DNA of 63,103 nucleotides, filler included, from Octopus bimaculoides (taxonomy: Eukaryota), in the NCBI RefSeq assembly GCF_001194135.2. It is 6 parts of 6 records of this genome, joined end to end, with 100 filler letters (N's around TTAATTAATTAA, not from the genome) between each part and the next. Parts side by side here need not be neighbours in the genome. Positions count along the whole stretch, not along the records: positions 1 to 18,436 come from NW_026361930.1; 5 more parts are not named here. The stretch is one strand, 5' to 3'. The notes under the pieces were generated by a model that did not search any database, was not told where the DNA came from, and worked only from the letters and a program-made list of their open reading frames with translations. Of the stretch, positions 1-11,934 are shown in pieces. A program made the position numbers and the translations under genes. Each line of letters begins with the position of its first letter. The stretch's first letter is position 1.

Positions 1-3000
1 ATGGAAGACAATTGGAGATTTCTGCGGGACAACCTGCTAAGAGACACCGACCAGATCTGTGGCTGGTGTAAAGTCCCCTCTCGACCCAGAGTAACGTGGT
101 GGTGGAACAAGGAGGTAGACAGGGCTATTAGACAAAAGAAACAGGCTTGGAAGGACTGGAAGAACAGTGGTAGCAGGGAATTGTACCAATCTGCCAGAAG
201 GGAAGCTAGGCGACAGGTTTATTTAGCCAGAGGGGAAGCGGTTAAGAAAAGATTTGCCAATATTCTGCGCCGTGAGGACCAAAGACTTGAGGTATTTCGT
301 GTTGCAAGACAGTGTAGGGGAGAGAAATGTGTTCGCATGGATGATGGTACGCTTGCACTAAATGAGGCTGCAAAGAAAGAGGTCTGGAGATGCCACTACG
401 ATAGAATGCTCAATAAAGGGAATGAATGGGAGAAAGAGAGTCTGCCGTATGTCGACCCAACAGAGGGACCAGCTATCCGAGTTGACAGTACCATGGTAGA
501 TAAAGCAATTAAGAGTATGAAGACAGGGAAAGGCCCTGGCCCATCAGGAATCACTGCAGAGATGCTCAAAATATCTGGCAGTGTCGGCTATAGCCTATTC
601 ACCCGTATTACGAACCAGGTGATACACGAAGGAGTCATACCCAATGACTGGTGTAGCAGCACCATAGTCAACTGCTACAAAGGTAAAGGTGATGCTTTAG
701 ATACAAATAATTACAGAGGTATCAAGCTGTTAGATCAGGTAATGAAAGTCACAGAGAGGGTCATAGCCCAACTAATTAGGGAGCGAATNNNNNNNNNNNN
801 NNNNNNNNNNNNNNNNNNNNNNNNNNNNNNNNNNNNNNNNNNNNNNNNNNNNNNNNNNNNNNNNNNNNNNNNNNNNNNNNNNNNNNNNNNNNNNNNNNNN
901 NNNNNNNNNNNNNNNNNNNNNNNNNNNNNNNNNNNNNNNNNNNNNNNNNNNNNNNNNNNNNNNNNNNNNNNNNNNNNNNNNNNNNNNNNNNNNNNNNNNN
1001 NNNNNNNNNNNNNNNNNNNNNNNNNNNNNNNNNNNNNNNNNNNNNNNNNNNNNNNNNNNNNNNNNNNNNNNNNNNNNNNNNNNNNNNNNNNNNNNNNNNN
1101 NNNNNNNNNNNNNNNNNNNNNNNNNNNNNNNNNNNNNNNNNNNNNNNNNNNNNNNNNNNNNNNNNNNNNNNNNNNNNNNNNNNNNNNNNNNNNNNNNNNN
1201 NNNNNNNNNNNNNNNNNNNNNNNNNNNNNNNNNNNNNNNNNNNNNNNNNNNNNNNNNNNNNNNNNNNNNNNNNNNNNNNNNNNNNNNNNNNNNNNNNNNN
1301 NNNNNNNNNNNNNNNNNNNNNNNNNNNNNNNNNNNNNNNNNNNNNNNNNNNNNNNNNNNNNNNNNNNNNNNNNNNNNNNNNNNNNNNNNNNNNNNNNNNN
1401 NNNNNNNNNNNNNNNNNNNNNNNNNNNNNNNNNNNNNNNNNNNNNNNNNNNNNNNNNNNNNNNNNNNNNNNNNNNNNNNNNNNNNNNNNNNNNNNNNNNN
1501 NNNNNNNNNNNNNNNNNNNNNNNNNNNNNNNNNNNNNNNNNNNNNNNNNNNNNNNNNNNNNNNNNNNNNNNNNNNNNNNNNNNNNNNNNNNNNNNNNNNN
1601 NNNNNNNNNNNNNNNNNNNNNNNNNNNNNNNNNNNNNNNNNNNNNNNNNNNNNNNNNNNNNNNNNNNNNNNNNNNNNNNNNNNNNNNNNNNNNNNNNNNN
1701 NNNNNNNNNNNNNNNNNNNNNNNNNNGGGCCTTAGAGTCAACCTAGCTAAAACCAAAGTCCTAATAAGTAGGAAGGTAGAAAAAACACGAACCCCTTCAG
1801 GTGGATGGCCTTGCTTGATCTGTAGAAAAGGCGTAGGTAGAAACTCTATAAGATGCACCCAGTGCAAGCTATGGACACATAAGAGGTGCAGCAATATCAA
1901 AGGAAGGTTAACTAGGAAGTTAGTTTTTGTATGTAGCAGATGTTCAGGAGCTATAAACACTGTAAATGTGCAGAAAACAACTTCTGTCTCATTCCAGGAA
2001 GAAAAACTAGATGTATTTGATAGCTTCCGCTATCTAGGTGACCAAGTTAGTAGTGGGGGAGGGTGCGCTGAAAGTGTAGCTGCTAGAATAAGAATAGCCT
2101 GGGCAAAGTTCAGAGAGTTCTTACCTCTGCTGATGACAAAGGGTCTCTCTCTCAGACTAAAAGGCAGACTGTATGATGCATGTGTATGAACAGCCATGCT
2201 ACATGGCAGTGAAACATGGGCTGTGACTGCTGAAGATATGCGTAAGCTCACAAGGAATGAAGCCAGTATGCTCTGATGGATGTGTAATGTCAGTGTGCAT
2301 ACTAGACAGAGTGTAAGTACCTTGAGAGAAAAGTTAAACCGAAGAAGCATCAGTTGTGGTGTGCAAGAGAGACGATTGCGCTGGTATGGTCATGTGGCTA
2401 GAATGGATGAGGATAGCTGTGTGAAAAAGTGCCACATCCTAGCAGTTGATGGAACTTGTTGAAGTGGTAGGTCCAGGAAGACCAGGGATGATGTGGTAAG
2501 GCATGACCTTTGAACATTGGGCCTCACCGAGACAATGAATTGTGACCGAGACCTTTGGAAATACACTGTGCGTGAGAAGACCCGGGAAGCCAAGTGAGAC
2601 CTAAATCGAAGGCCTCAGGCAGCCCACTTATACGTACCTTCCTTCATTGGACACTAAACTCCGCTTGCGAAGACCTGTTGAGACAAGTGAAATCGAAATC
2701 GAATTAAATTCGACGACTGGTACCCATGCCAACGTCATCTCCTTCATTGGAAACGAAACTCGGCTTGTGAAGACCTATTGGGGCAAGCGAAAGCAAAACC
2801 GTCAATGGTATTCGTGCTAGATGGCACGTGTAAAGACATTCGAGCGAGATCGTTGCCAGTGCCGCCGAACTGGCTCGTGTGCAGGTGGCATGTAAAAGCA
2901 CCTACTACACTCTTGGAGTGGTTGGCGTTAGGAAGGGCATCCAGCTGTACAAACTCTGCCAAATCAGATTGGAGCCTGGTGTAGCCATCTGGTTTCACCA

Positions 3001-3076
3001 GTCCTCAGTCAAATCGTCCAACCCATGCTAGCATGGAAAGCGGATGTTAAACGACAATGATGATGATGATGATGAT
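1..3076 (+). mobile_element. RTE-clade non-LTR retrotransposon (LINE), 3' part: RT, PHD finger, C-terminal domain, 3'UTR and (ATG)n tail; interrupted by gap 789-1727
   Basis: 1-788 is open with RT N-terminal motifs (MKTGKGPGPSGITAEML, YKGKGD..NYRGIKLL). After the gap: GLRVNLAKTK, FRYLGD, LHGSETW, RRLRWYGHVARM. In-frame TGA stops at 2187, 2274, 2460 and 2511; ORF ends at 2597. The element ends ...GTTAAACGACAATGATGATGATGAT at 3076. Confidence 0.93.
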
Positions 3077-3200
3077 GTGTGTNNNNNNNNNNNNNNNNNN
3101 NNNNNNNNNNNNNNNNNNNNNNNNNNNNNNNNNNNNNNNNNNNNNNNNNNNNNNNNNNNNNNNNNNNNNNNNNNNNNNNNNNNNNNNNNNNNNNNNNNNN

Positions 3201-3234
<34 letters not shown>

Positions 3235-3249
3235 TATGTATATACTCTC

Positions 3250-3652
3250 TTTTCTCTTTTACTCTTTTACTTGTTTCAGTCTTTTGACTGTGACCATGCT
3301 GGAGCACCACCTTTAGTCGAGCAAATCGACCCCAGGAATTATTCTTTAGAAGCCTAGTACTTAATCTATCGGTCGCTTTTGCCGAACCGCTAATTTACGG
3401 GGACATAAACACAGCAGCATCAGTTGTCAAGCGATGTTGGGGGGACAAACACAGACACACAAACACATACACACATACATGTATATATACGATGGGCTTC
3501 TTTCAGTTTCCGTCTACCAAATCCACTTACAAGGTTTTGGTCGGCCCAAAGCTATAGTAGAAGACACTTGCCCAAGATACCACGCAGTGGGATTGAACCC
3601 GAGACCATGTGGTTGGTAAGCAAGCTACTTACCACATAGTCACTCCTACGCC
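3250..3652 (-). mobile_element. tRNA-derived SINE, family A (near full length)
   Basis: On the minus strand: head GGCGTAGGAGTGACTATGTGGTAAG...GGTTCAATCCC (A/B-box-like), central CA/TA microsatellite, tail GGTGGTGCTCCAGCATGGTCACAGTC..GACTGAAACAAG. Many similar copies occur in the window. Confidence 0.85.
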
Positions 3653-4769
3653 TATATCTATAATATAAATTGAAGTTGGCCGACCATTGTATTCATTCTT
3701 GTCTTGAGGTGCACTGCCAAACAGATAGGTGGATTCGCGTGAAAAATGGCACACAGGTGGAGACGGGCACATAGATTGGAACGCGCTTTCTATTTTTTCC
3801 TAGCCCCCATACTTACAAAGAAAATTGATTAAAACAACCTGCGTGCGTGCATATATGTGAGTGTGTGTCACTGAAGTCATTCATACATATATACATATTA
3901 ATGGATAAACTGAATGATAAATTTCAGTTATCTCTCTCTGTCTCATGTACACATACACCATTAACATTACTCTCTTTGTCGTGCACACCCCATCAAACAT
4001 ACACACTCACACATAGACAGACATACGCATACACATCAATTCTCCCCTCTCTCCACAACTTCAAAAGAAGTTCAGTCATAAAACTGTCCATGTCTCTTCA
4101 TTCGACGCCCACTTCAAAAGATCGCCTTTCTTTTTCACCTGTCCGGCCATTGATCGAGAGATAAAACACAAAACAATTCCTGCTAAATGCGAAAATCCTG
4201 CCAAAAATATGCACACATACACACACAAATGGACATTTCGTGTCTTTCAGTTTCTCTATGATTATACACACGTCGAATACAGGTATGTATCAATTTCTAT
4301 AATATAAATTGTTTTTCAAGTCAATGACACACAAATTCACTCACTCACTGTATCACTCTTTCTTACTCTCTTTCTCTCTCACATACACACACACACACAC
4401 CCACACACACACGCACATCCATTTCACATATCTTTCAATTTCTGCTCTCTGCAAATAAAATCTCTAGGATAAAACTGCTTACAAAAATTGCGATTAATGT
4501 ATAATTTCCTTCTATGTTCATAATCAAATAAATCTTTTAATGATTAGACAGACGTCCAATAGAATAGCTCTCACAAACAGACTACGTACAAATTCTTTCT
4601 TCACAACTCCTGAAGCCATTTTCTGACAGGAGGGGGTGAAATCTTCATACAGCTGGAGGCTCCAATCGAAACGGGACACGAAATGATCAGGTTGAGAAAC
4701 GCTGTTATACATCATACCTAACCGAAAACAATCACAGCCACATCATCCAAACATATATATATATATATA

Positions 4770-4806
<37 letters not shown>

Positions 4807-5774
4807 ATGTGTATATGTACATATATGTGTATATATGTGTCTATGTATATATGTATATATATATATATGTATATATGTGTGTGTGTATATATATATGTAT
4901 ACATATGTGTATGTGTGTGTGTGTGTATATGTATATATTTGTGTGTATAGGTGTATATATGTGTATTTATGTGTATATATATATATATGTGTGTATGTAT
5001 ACATGTGTGTGTAAATTGTTGGTAAGTAGAATTATATCCAACCATAGAAAATCTTCCTGGATAAAATCCATCTGACCCATACAAGCCTGAAAAAGTGAAC
5101 ATTAAATGATGTATGTATATGTAACACACATGCATATGTAATTATAGGCAAGTAAGGTTGCATTCATCTTCCTGTGTATAACTGATTGTAAACAAGTGTC
5201 TCATTCATCTGGTGGTGTGTTTTTTTTTTCTGTTCTCTGTATTACTCCAGCTGGTCAGTTCATTGTTCAGCTGACTGGGGTATTATTACTTTGCTTGGAA
5301 ATAGTTGAAGGTTGGCACCAGGAGGAGTGTCTGACCATTAAAATATCTCTGCCACTACAAAGTCTCTATCTAACCCATGCAAACATGGATGAGTAGATGT
5401 AAAACAACAATGATGAGTGCTATCTCCTCAAGGAATTCCATTGGGATATTATTACTGGAGATAATGAAGAACTCTGAATCATTTCATCCCAATTGCTATC
5501 TTTAATCTAATCATTACAACTCAACTGTACCTACATACTGTCAACATATTCTTTTATATCATTGCTGTCTTGTTATTTGTTCTTAGAACTGATAAAACCT
5601 CACTATTGTAGAAAGATTAACCACATCAAAGCATCAGCTGGTTAAAGGCTGTACCTTTAAATCACCCCTAAATCAACTCAAAAGTTTCAAAGTTGTTTAA
5701 CATAATTTTATCCATGCTGGGGCAAAATGACTTGGTAATCACTCTCTCTCTCTTTCTCTCTCTTTCTCTCTCTT

Positions 5775-5828
<54 letters not shown>

Positions 5829-5917
5829 GCATATATTGTCTTGACACTATTCCTAGATCACATTTTAAATACTAGCAGCTGAAACAGATTTGTTTTTTCT
5901 TAATTCTCATATTTCAG

Positions 5918-6061
5918 AAAAACTTGAAGACTGTTCAGTACATTTTCAGAGGAGTGCAACAAATGTAAGGAGGTCAATGTGCTGGAAAAATGCTAAAGCT
6001 ACTTTAATTCTTGGATTTGTGATACTTTTGTTGCTTGGAATCATAGTTGGAGTCATTGTAG
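5918..6061 (+). CDS. R-SNARE (synaptobrevin/VAMP family), exon for the C-terminal SNARE half and transmembrane anchor
   Basis: Acceptor ttctcatatttcag|, donor G|gtaaag, phase 1 at both ends. Translation (E)KLEDCSVHFQRSATNVRRSMCWKNAKATLILGFVILLLLGIIVGVIV matches the VAMP pattern S..F...A..+.R..WKN followed by a hydrophobic helix. Subfamily (VAMP7/8/4-like) unresolved. Upstream exons were not found in the window. Confidence 0.85.
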
Positions 6062-6686
6062 GTAAAGTAAAAAAAAATGCTTCTCACATCATTTGTCTTT
6101 GACCAGAAGTGTTCAATACAAATTCATATGACATCTCTCTATGCTATGAAATATATTCTATTTTATGTTGGTAAAATATTTTTTCATAAATAATTGAATA
6201 GGGCTTGTGAGATTAAATAAATGTAAATTATTTATGTCATCTTGAATCAATGTATAGATTTTACAGTTACAGAATTTATAGCATAAATTACAGCTTTGGA
6301 GGACTGCCTTTTAACCTTTTAGAAATACCAGATATGTCAAACCTAGCACATACCAGTTTATCTGAGTGTTTCAGCATCATCGTCACAATATTCATTTTCC
6401 CCTCCTAATTTCAGTTTGAGAGGTTTACAATGTCTTATTTCTCCATGGACCTTAACCATTTTTCTCTCATCTGATTTGATCCCCATGTTCCACTCTCTCT
6501 CTCCCTAAAGTATTCAAAATTCTACTTCATCCCCACCACCATCTATACATGGTTCAACTATATTATATCTATTATCACAAATGTATTTTCTGTTGTTCAT
6601 GATCAATGAATATGGGTTATATTCACTATATTTCTCTTACATCATTATAAATCCTTTCCTTTCATTGTCCTTCAGAGCATTTATTA

Positions 6687-7257
6687 TCTACTAGCAGTAT
6701 AACCCGACATTGTCCGGGTGTGACTTATTACGCCATCTACAATAAGTCTTGCTAGGTGAAAATCAACTAAAAGAGAAAGCCTTACAACGAAAAAACCCTT
6801 ATGATGTAAATATGTTCATAATTGAAAAGACGATGAAATTAATAGGGAAAGTCTGAAGGCTGTTTTGCGTAACATTATTAAGTGTACGTAAATTTCATAC
6901 GTCTAATTGGCTATACAAATGCTTGTGCAAAACAACTTTTTGCACTGCCCTGATTATACATAGCAGGGTAATCCCTTTTCGCAGGAGCTAGGACGGCAAT
7001 TTGTGATGAAGAAATTGTTGGCGATCTGTTGCTACACAGTTCTGCCAGAATTCTATCAGATTGGGCAGATGTTGCTGCACCATTTTGCATTATGTTCAAA
7101 GTAGCTTCTGGAATGTGGTGAATTGCTGCAGTCTCTTGCTGTCTTTTTAAACCGGTTGCTTTCTTTCCCCAGCAAGCTCTCTTATTTGGAGGCATAATCT
7201 ATGTACATATTAAACAGATCAACAAAAGTTATAACAGATGGCAGGGTCGGTAGTTTT
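6687..7257 (+). mobile_element. possible non-autonomous Helitron-like element (5' end; 3' boundary uncertain)
   Basis: Begins A|TCTACTAGCAGTATAACCCGACATTGTCCGGGT: a 5'-TC terminus plus subterminal hairpin, like rolling-circle non-autonomous elements. No 3' CTRR end identified. Confidence 0.3.
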
Positions 7258-7265
7258 CACATTTC

Positions 7266-7433
7266 GGTAATTTTTCAGATTAACACCCACACGATTACGT
7301 AACCGTAACCCTAAAACCCTAACCCTGACCGTAACCGTAACACTAACCCTCATCGTAACCCTAACCATAACCCTAGAACCCTAACCCTCACACCCTAGTA
7401 AAAATCGTGCGGGTGTTAATCTGAAAAATTACC
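7266..7433. mobile_element. MITE with 31-bp TIRs, (TAACCC)-like core and 8-bp target-site-like duplication (Merlin-like)
   Basis: Left TIR GGTAATTTTTCAGATTAACACCCACACGATT (7266-7296); the reverse complement of 7403-7433 differs by one base. Flanks are CACATTTC (7258-7265) and CACATTTG (7434-7441). Confidence 0.7.
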
Positions 7434-9149
7434 CACATTTGTAATGAAGTTCACTGATTTGCAATGTGTTGTCCATAAGCTCCGTAGTTTGTATATTTAC
7501 AAAACATTGATGAACATGAGTTATCTTGTAGTGAATGCTTGTGTGTACGTGCACGTGTATGTGTTTGAGAAAGCGAGAGAGAAGAGGGAGAGAGGAAAAG
7601 AGAGAGAGGGGAGAAAGGAATAGAGAATGGGAACAATGAAGAAAGAGAAAGAGAGGAAGGGAGAATGGAAGACAGTTATAAAATAGCAATGCGTGCGCAT
7701 GTTTATATAAGAAACACACAGAAACTAAATCTTATATCTATAATGTTGATGTATTTATGTGTATGTTGTTGTCACAGATCACGTATGTGTGTGTTTTTAC
7801 GTTTCTATGTTATGATAAAATATGTAAGAGGTAGAGGGATAGAAGAAAGCTATTAAATGGGAGAGAGGAAGAAGAACGAAGTAAGAGTGAAAAGGTACAA
7901 GGAAAGAATAGGCTTAAAGCAAGTTAATCTATGACTTTGTATGTGTCATTTTCTCTCTCTCTCTCTTTTACTCTTACTCTGTATATTANNNNNNNNNNNN
8001 NNNNNNNNNNNNNNNNNNNNNNNNNNNNNNNNNNNNNNNNNNNNNNNNNNNNNNNNNNNNNNNNNNNNNNNNNNNNNNNNNNNNNNNNNNNNNNNNNNNN
8101 NNNNNNNNNNNNNNNNNNNNNNNNNNNNNNNNNNNNNNNNNNNNNNNNNNNNNNNNNNNNNNNNNNNNNNNNNNNNNNNNNNNNNNNNNNNNNNNNNNNN
8201 NNNNNNNNNNNNNNNNNNNNNNNNNNNNNNNNNNNNNNNNNNNNNNNNNNNNNNNNNNNNNNNNNNNNNNNNNNNNNNNNNNNNNNNNNNNNNNNNNNNN
8301 NNNNNNNNNNNNNNNNNNNNNNNNNNNNNNNNNNNNNNNNNNNNNNNNNNNNNNNNNNNNNNNNNNNNNNNNNNNNNNNNNNNNNNNNNNNNNNNNNNNN
8401 NNNNNNNNNNNNNNNNNNNNNNNNNNNNNNNNNNNNNNNNNNNNNNNNNNNNNNNNNNNNNNNNNNNNNNNNNNNNNNNNNNNNNNNNNNNNNNNNNNNN
8501 NNNNNNNNNNNNNNNNNNNNNNNNNNNNNNNNNNNNNNNNNNNNNTGTGGGAAAAATTTAAAATAATAATAATAATAATAATGACCTCTGCCGATCAAAC
8601 TCCCAACCCACAACTAAGTCTTAAGTGTATATATATATATATATATGGACAACACACACACACACACTAAATAAAAAAATGTTAGTAAGTAAAAGTGTTT
8701 TAAAAAAGATTGTTAAATTTTCAGATTAACACTGGCACAATTTTCACTACAGTGTTAGGGTTAGGATGAAAAAGTGGAAAATGTGGATTTCTATAAACTT
8801 TTAAAAAGGCTTCACACAGATACAGAACTTCAGCATTATATATTAAGATGGGCAACACACTCACTAAATAAAAAAAAAATGACAGGTATTTGTATGTATG
8901 TGTGTAGTATGTATGTTGTATGTATGTAGTAGTAAGTAAATGCATTTTAAGCAAGATATTAAAAAAATTAAGTTTGTAATGAATAAATATTTGATTGTCG
9001 ATTGTATTTGGAAGAGACTGACAGGTATTTGTATGTATATGTTTATTTGTATGTATGTGTGTATTTGTACGTATGCATGTATGAGTGTGTATTCAAAAAC
9101 ATCTATATTTACACTTTAAATTTGGTTTTCACACTCAACCCTGTTCTGC

Positions 9150-9320
9150 AGAATCAGTGTAGCGACGGGAGGTTTGTGACCATCTCTACGTTCTGAGTTC
9201 AAATAACGCTGAAGTCGACTTTGCCTTTCATCCTTTCGGGGTCTAAAAAATAAGTACCAGTTGAACACAGGGGTCGATATAATCGATATTTCTCCACCTG
9301 CCCGAAGCCACCTTTGTGGG
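9150..9320 (+). mobile_element. SINE family B fragment
   Basis: Contains TACGTTCTGAGTTCAAAT...GTCGACTTTGCCTTTCATCCTTTCGGGGTC..AAATAAGTACCAGTTGAACACAGGGGTCGAT. Confidence 0.8.
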
Positions 9321-9468
9321 AAAAATTTTAAATAATAATAATAATAATAATGACCTCTGCCGATCAAAGTCCCAACCCACAACTAAGTCTTAAGTATATA
9401 TATATATGGGCAACACACACACACTAAATAAAAATATGTTAGTAAGTAAAAGTGTTTTAAAAAAGATT

Positions 9469-9582
9469 GTTAAATTTTCAGATTAACACCCGCACAATTT
9501 TCACTACAGTGTTAGAGTTAGGGTTTTAGTGTCAGGGTTAGGGTTAGTTAGGTAATCGTGCGGGTGTTAATCTCAAGATTTA
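9469..9582. mobile_element. second, more degenerate copy of the telomere-like-core MITE (core in GGTTAG orientation); a truncated third copy is at 8712-8766
   Basis: TTTTCAGATTAACACCCGCAC ... GTGCGGGTGTTAATCT flank GTTAGGGTT-type repeats. Confidence 0.65.
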
Positions 9583-10100
9583 TGAAAAGATTTTCCTAAA
9601 AACTCACAGTTTGTAGGGAATAAATGTTTGTCGATCGTATTTGAAAAAAATGTGTGGGTATTTTTTTTTTTTTGTTGTTATCATGGTGAAGGATGAGTTA
9701 GAAATAACTTACAATTCCCGCCAATTAGAATGAGGTATGTATCATTAAAATGAAACTATCTGTCATTACACTATCGAAATGTGATTGTTTCAGTTTTGAT
9801 ACTGAAATAGTTTTCTTTTACTGTCAGTGTTTCTCCTTCCTTTCTTTTTGTATTTGTTGTTGGATTGTTTGTAAAGGTTCATAAGAGAAAGTAGGAGTTG
9901 AAATGATTTTTATTAGAAAGAGGAAATTAGATTTTATTAGGGGGGAAATATTTACTTGTATAGTTTTATGGATTTCATTCGTTATTAGGAATTATTTTGA
10001 GTGAAAAAATGACACAGTGACCTAACAAATAGTATTTAGAATATTAATTGCGATTCTTTAATCCAAGAAATTTGAAATTGTGTAAATGTATGAATTTTAA

Positions 10101-10138
<38 letters not shown>

Positions 10139-10462
10139 AAAATCTGCCTTTTATAGATAAGATATAANNNNNNNNNNNNNNNNNNNNNNNNNNNNNNNNN
10201 NNNNNNNNNNNNNNNNNNNNNNNNNNNNNNNNNNNNNNNNNNNNNNNNNNNNNNNNNNNNNNNNNNNNNNNNNNNNNNNNNNNNNNNNNNNNNNNNNNNN
10301 NNGGGGGAAATATTTACTTGTATAGTTTTATGGATTTCATTCGTTATTAGGAATTATTTTGAGTGAAAAAATGACACAGTGACCTAACAAATAGTATTTA
10401 GAATATTAATTGCGATTCTTTAATCCAAGAAATTTGAAATTGTGTAAATGTATGAATTTTAA

Positions 10463-10500
<38 letters not shown>

Positions 10501-11724
10501 AAAATCTGCCTTTTATAGATAAGATATAATATAAACCTCATACCTAAGATAGAAATCTGAAACTGGGTGTATCTTCTCTGATGAGTGGTCAAAAATCATC
10601 TTTAATCTTATGTTCTATAGAGAATAGTCAAGAGAAAACTGTAAAAAGTGAGAGTAGTTATTTAGATAATTTCACGTTACTGTAGCAGTAATATACTGAG
10701 AACTAGTGATATTAGCATATTTCTAACTTCATTTACAAAACCAGTATCATACATGTGAAAGTAATATTATGTTGGGGAGTGGAAATGGATATCAAACTCA
10801 TCTTCCTCTTTTTAGTGATCCGTTGTAGTTCTACAGTGAGATCTTGAAAATTTTAACAAACCTTACGTTTGTCTATTCCTTTATCATTTCGTAAATGTAA
10901 TGATGGACAGAACAAGTGATATGAGTCTGTATTGAAACAGATCTACTCCAAATATGTGAGTGTATGTGTACCCACACTATCATCCACATACTCTTCAATA
11001 GCGTCATCACACATACCACTTTACAAGCAGCCCCACACACACCACACACCATCATGCACATTCCCATGCAAGCACATTATACCTGAACGCAGACAACACA
11101 CATGCACAGACACAGATAATATTTGCCACTAATGTACACTATACACATGCACATTATTTGGTTACAGACACACACACGTGCCTACACTACCTGAACAAGT
11201 ACACATCAACTGCTACACACAACACACACATACATGTTAGCCTCATACATCCATATGCATACACATACACACATCCATACACATGTACGCACACAAATAC
11301 ATAAAACGCACATCATTCCACACAATACATACACTAAGTTACTTGTACGCATACACACAGGCATACCTACCAGTACTTGGAATGCACTCCACATAGCATA
11401 CTGAGTAGCTTATACCCACACACATACAAAAGTCCACATAATTTTCAGCTTACTCACATGTACTTTCTCATACATTCACCCCTATTCACACATACACACA
11501 TGTGCTTGTGCACCTTAGTTCATTGGGGTTGTTATTATTATTATCTCTCTTTCATTCAGCCTCTTTCTTTCCAGTCATCTTGTCATGCTGGACTGTTGAA
11601 CTCTGCATATTTTTTTTGTCTCTGTGTTTTTTCCCTCTTAATCCTTTGTCAAAAAGTGTAGACTCATAACGTAAAAAACTTTTCCATTATTCACAAGTGT
11701 TAAACTAATACATCTGCTTATTGT

Positions 11725-11788
11725 TCTTACACCTGTCTTTCGTCTTTTGTTTTCTGTAAATTTGAACTATATGTGTGTGTGTGTATGT

Positions 11789-11837
<49 letters not shown>

Positions 11838-11921
11838 CTTCAACAAGTTGGCGAAGTACTCTCCATTGATGGTGTGGCCTGTTTGAAGATAGTAGATAAA
11901 TACAATGCCTTTCACATCCCA
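11725..11921 (-). mobile_element. mariner transposase fragment interrupted by a TA microsatellite
   Basis: Minus-strand translation WDVKGIVFIYYLQTGHTINGEYFANLL matches the mariner motif WD.KG....YL..G.TIN..YY..LL. Confidence 0.75.
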
Positions 11922-11934
11922 TCTAGTTCTTGGC

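Noticed and set aside
776-1960. Long ORF calls spanning N runs (also near 7924-8613, 37468-38298, 45710-46067, 49431-50393, 58399-58818)
   Set aside because: Their length comes from Ns translated as X; they carry no coding evidence.
7297-7402. TAACCC array as a chromosome end or telomere fusion
   Set aside because: It is short, degenerate and enclosed by TIRs, so it is better explained as a MITE core.
9941-10529. Identical block of about 227 bp on both sides of the gap at 10168-10302
   Set aside because: An exact repeat flanking a gap is the typical signature of an unmerged contig overlap.
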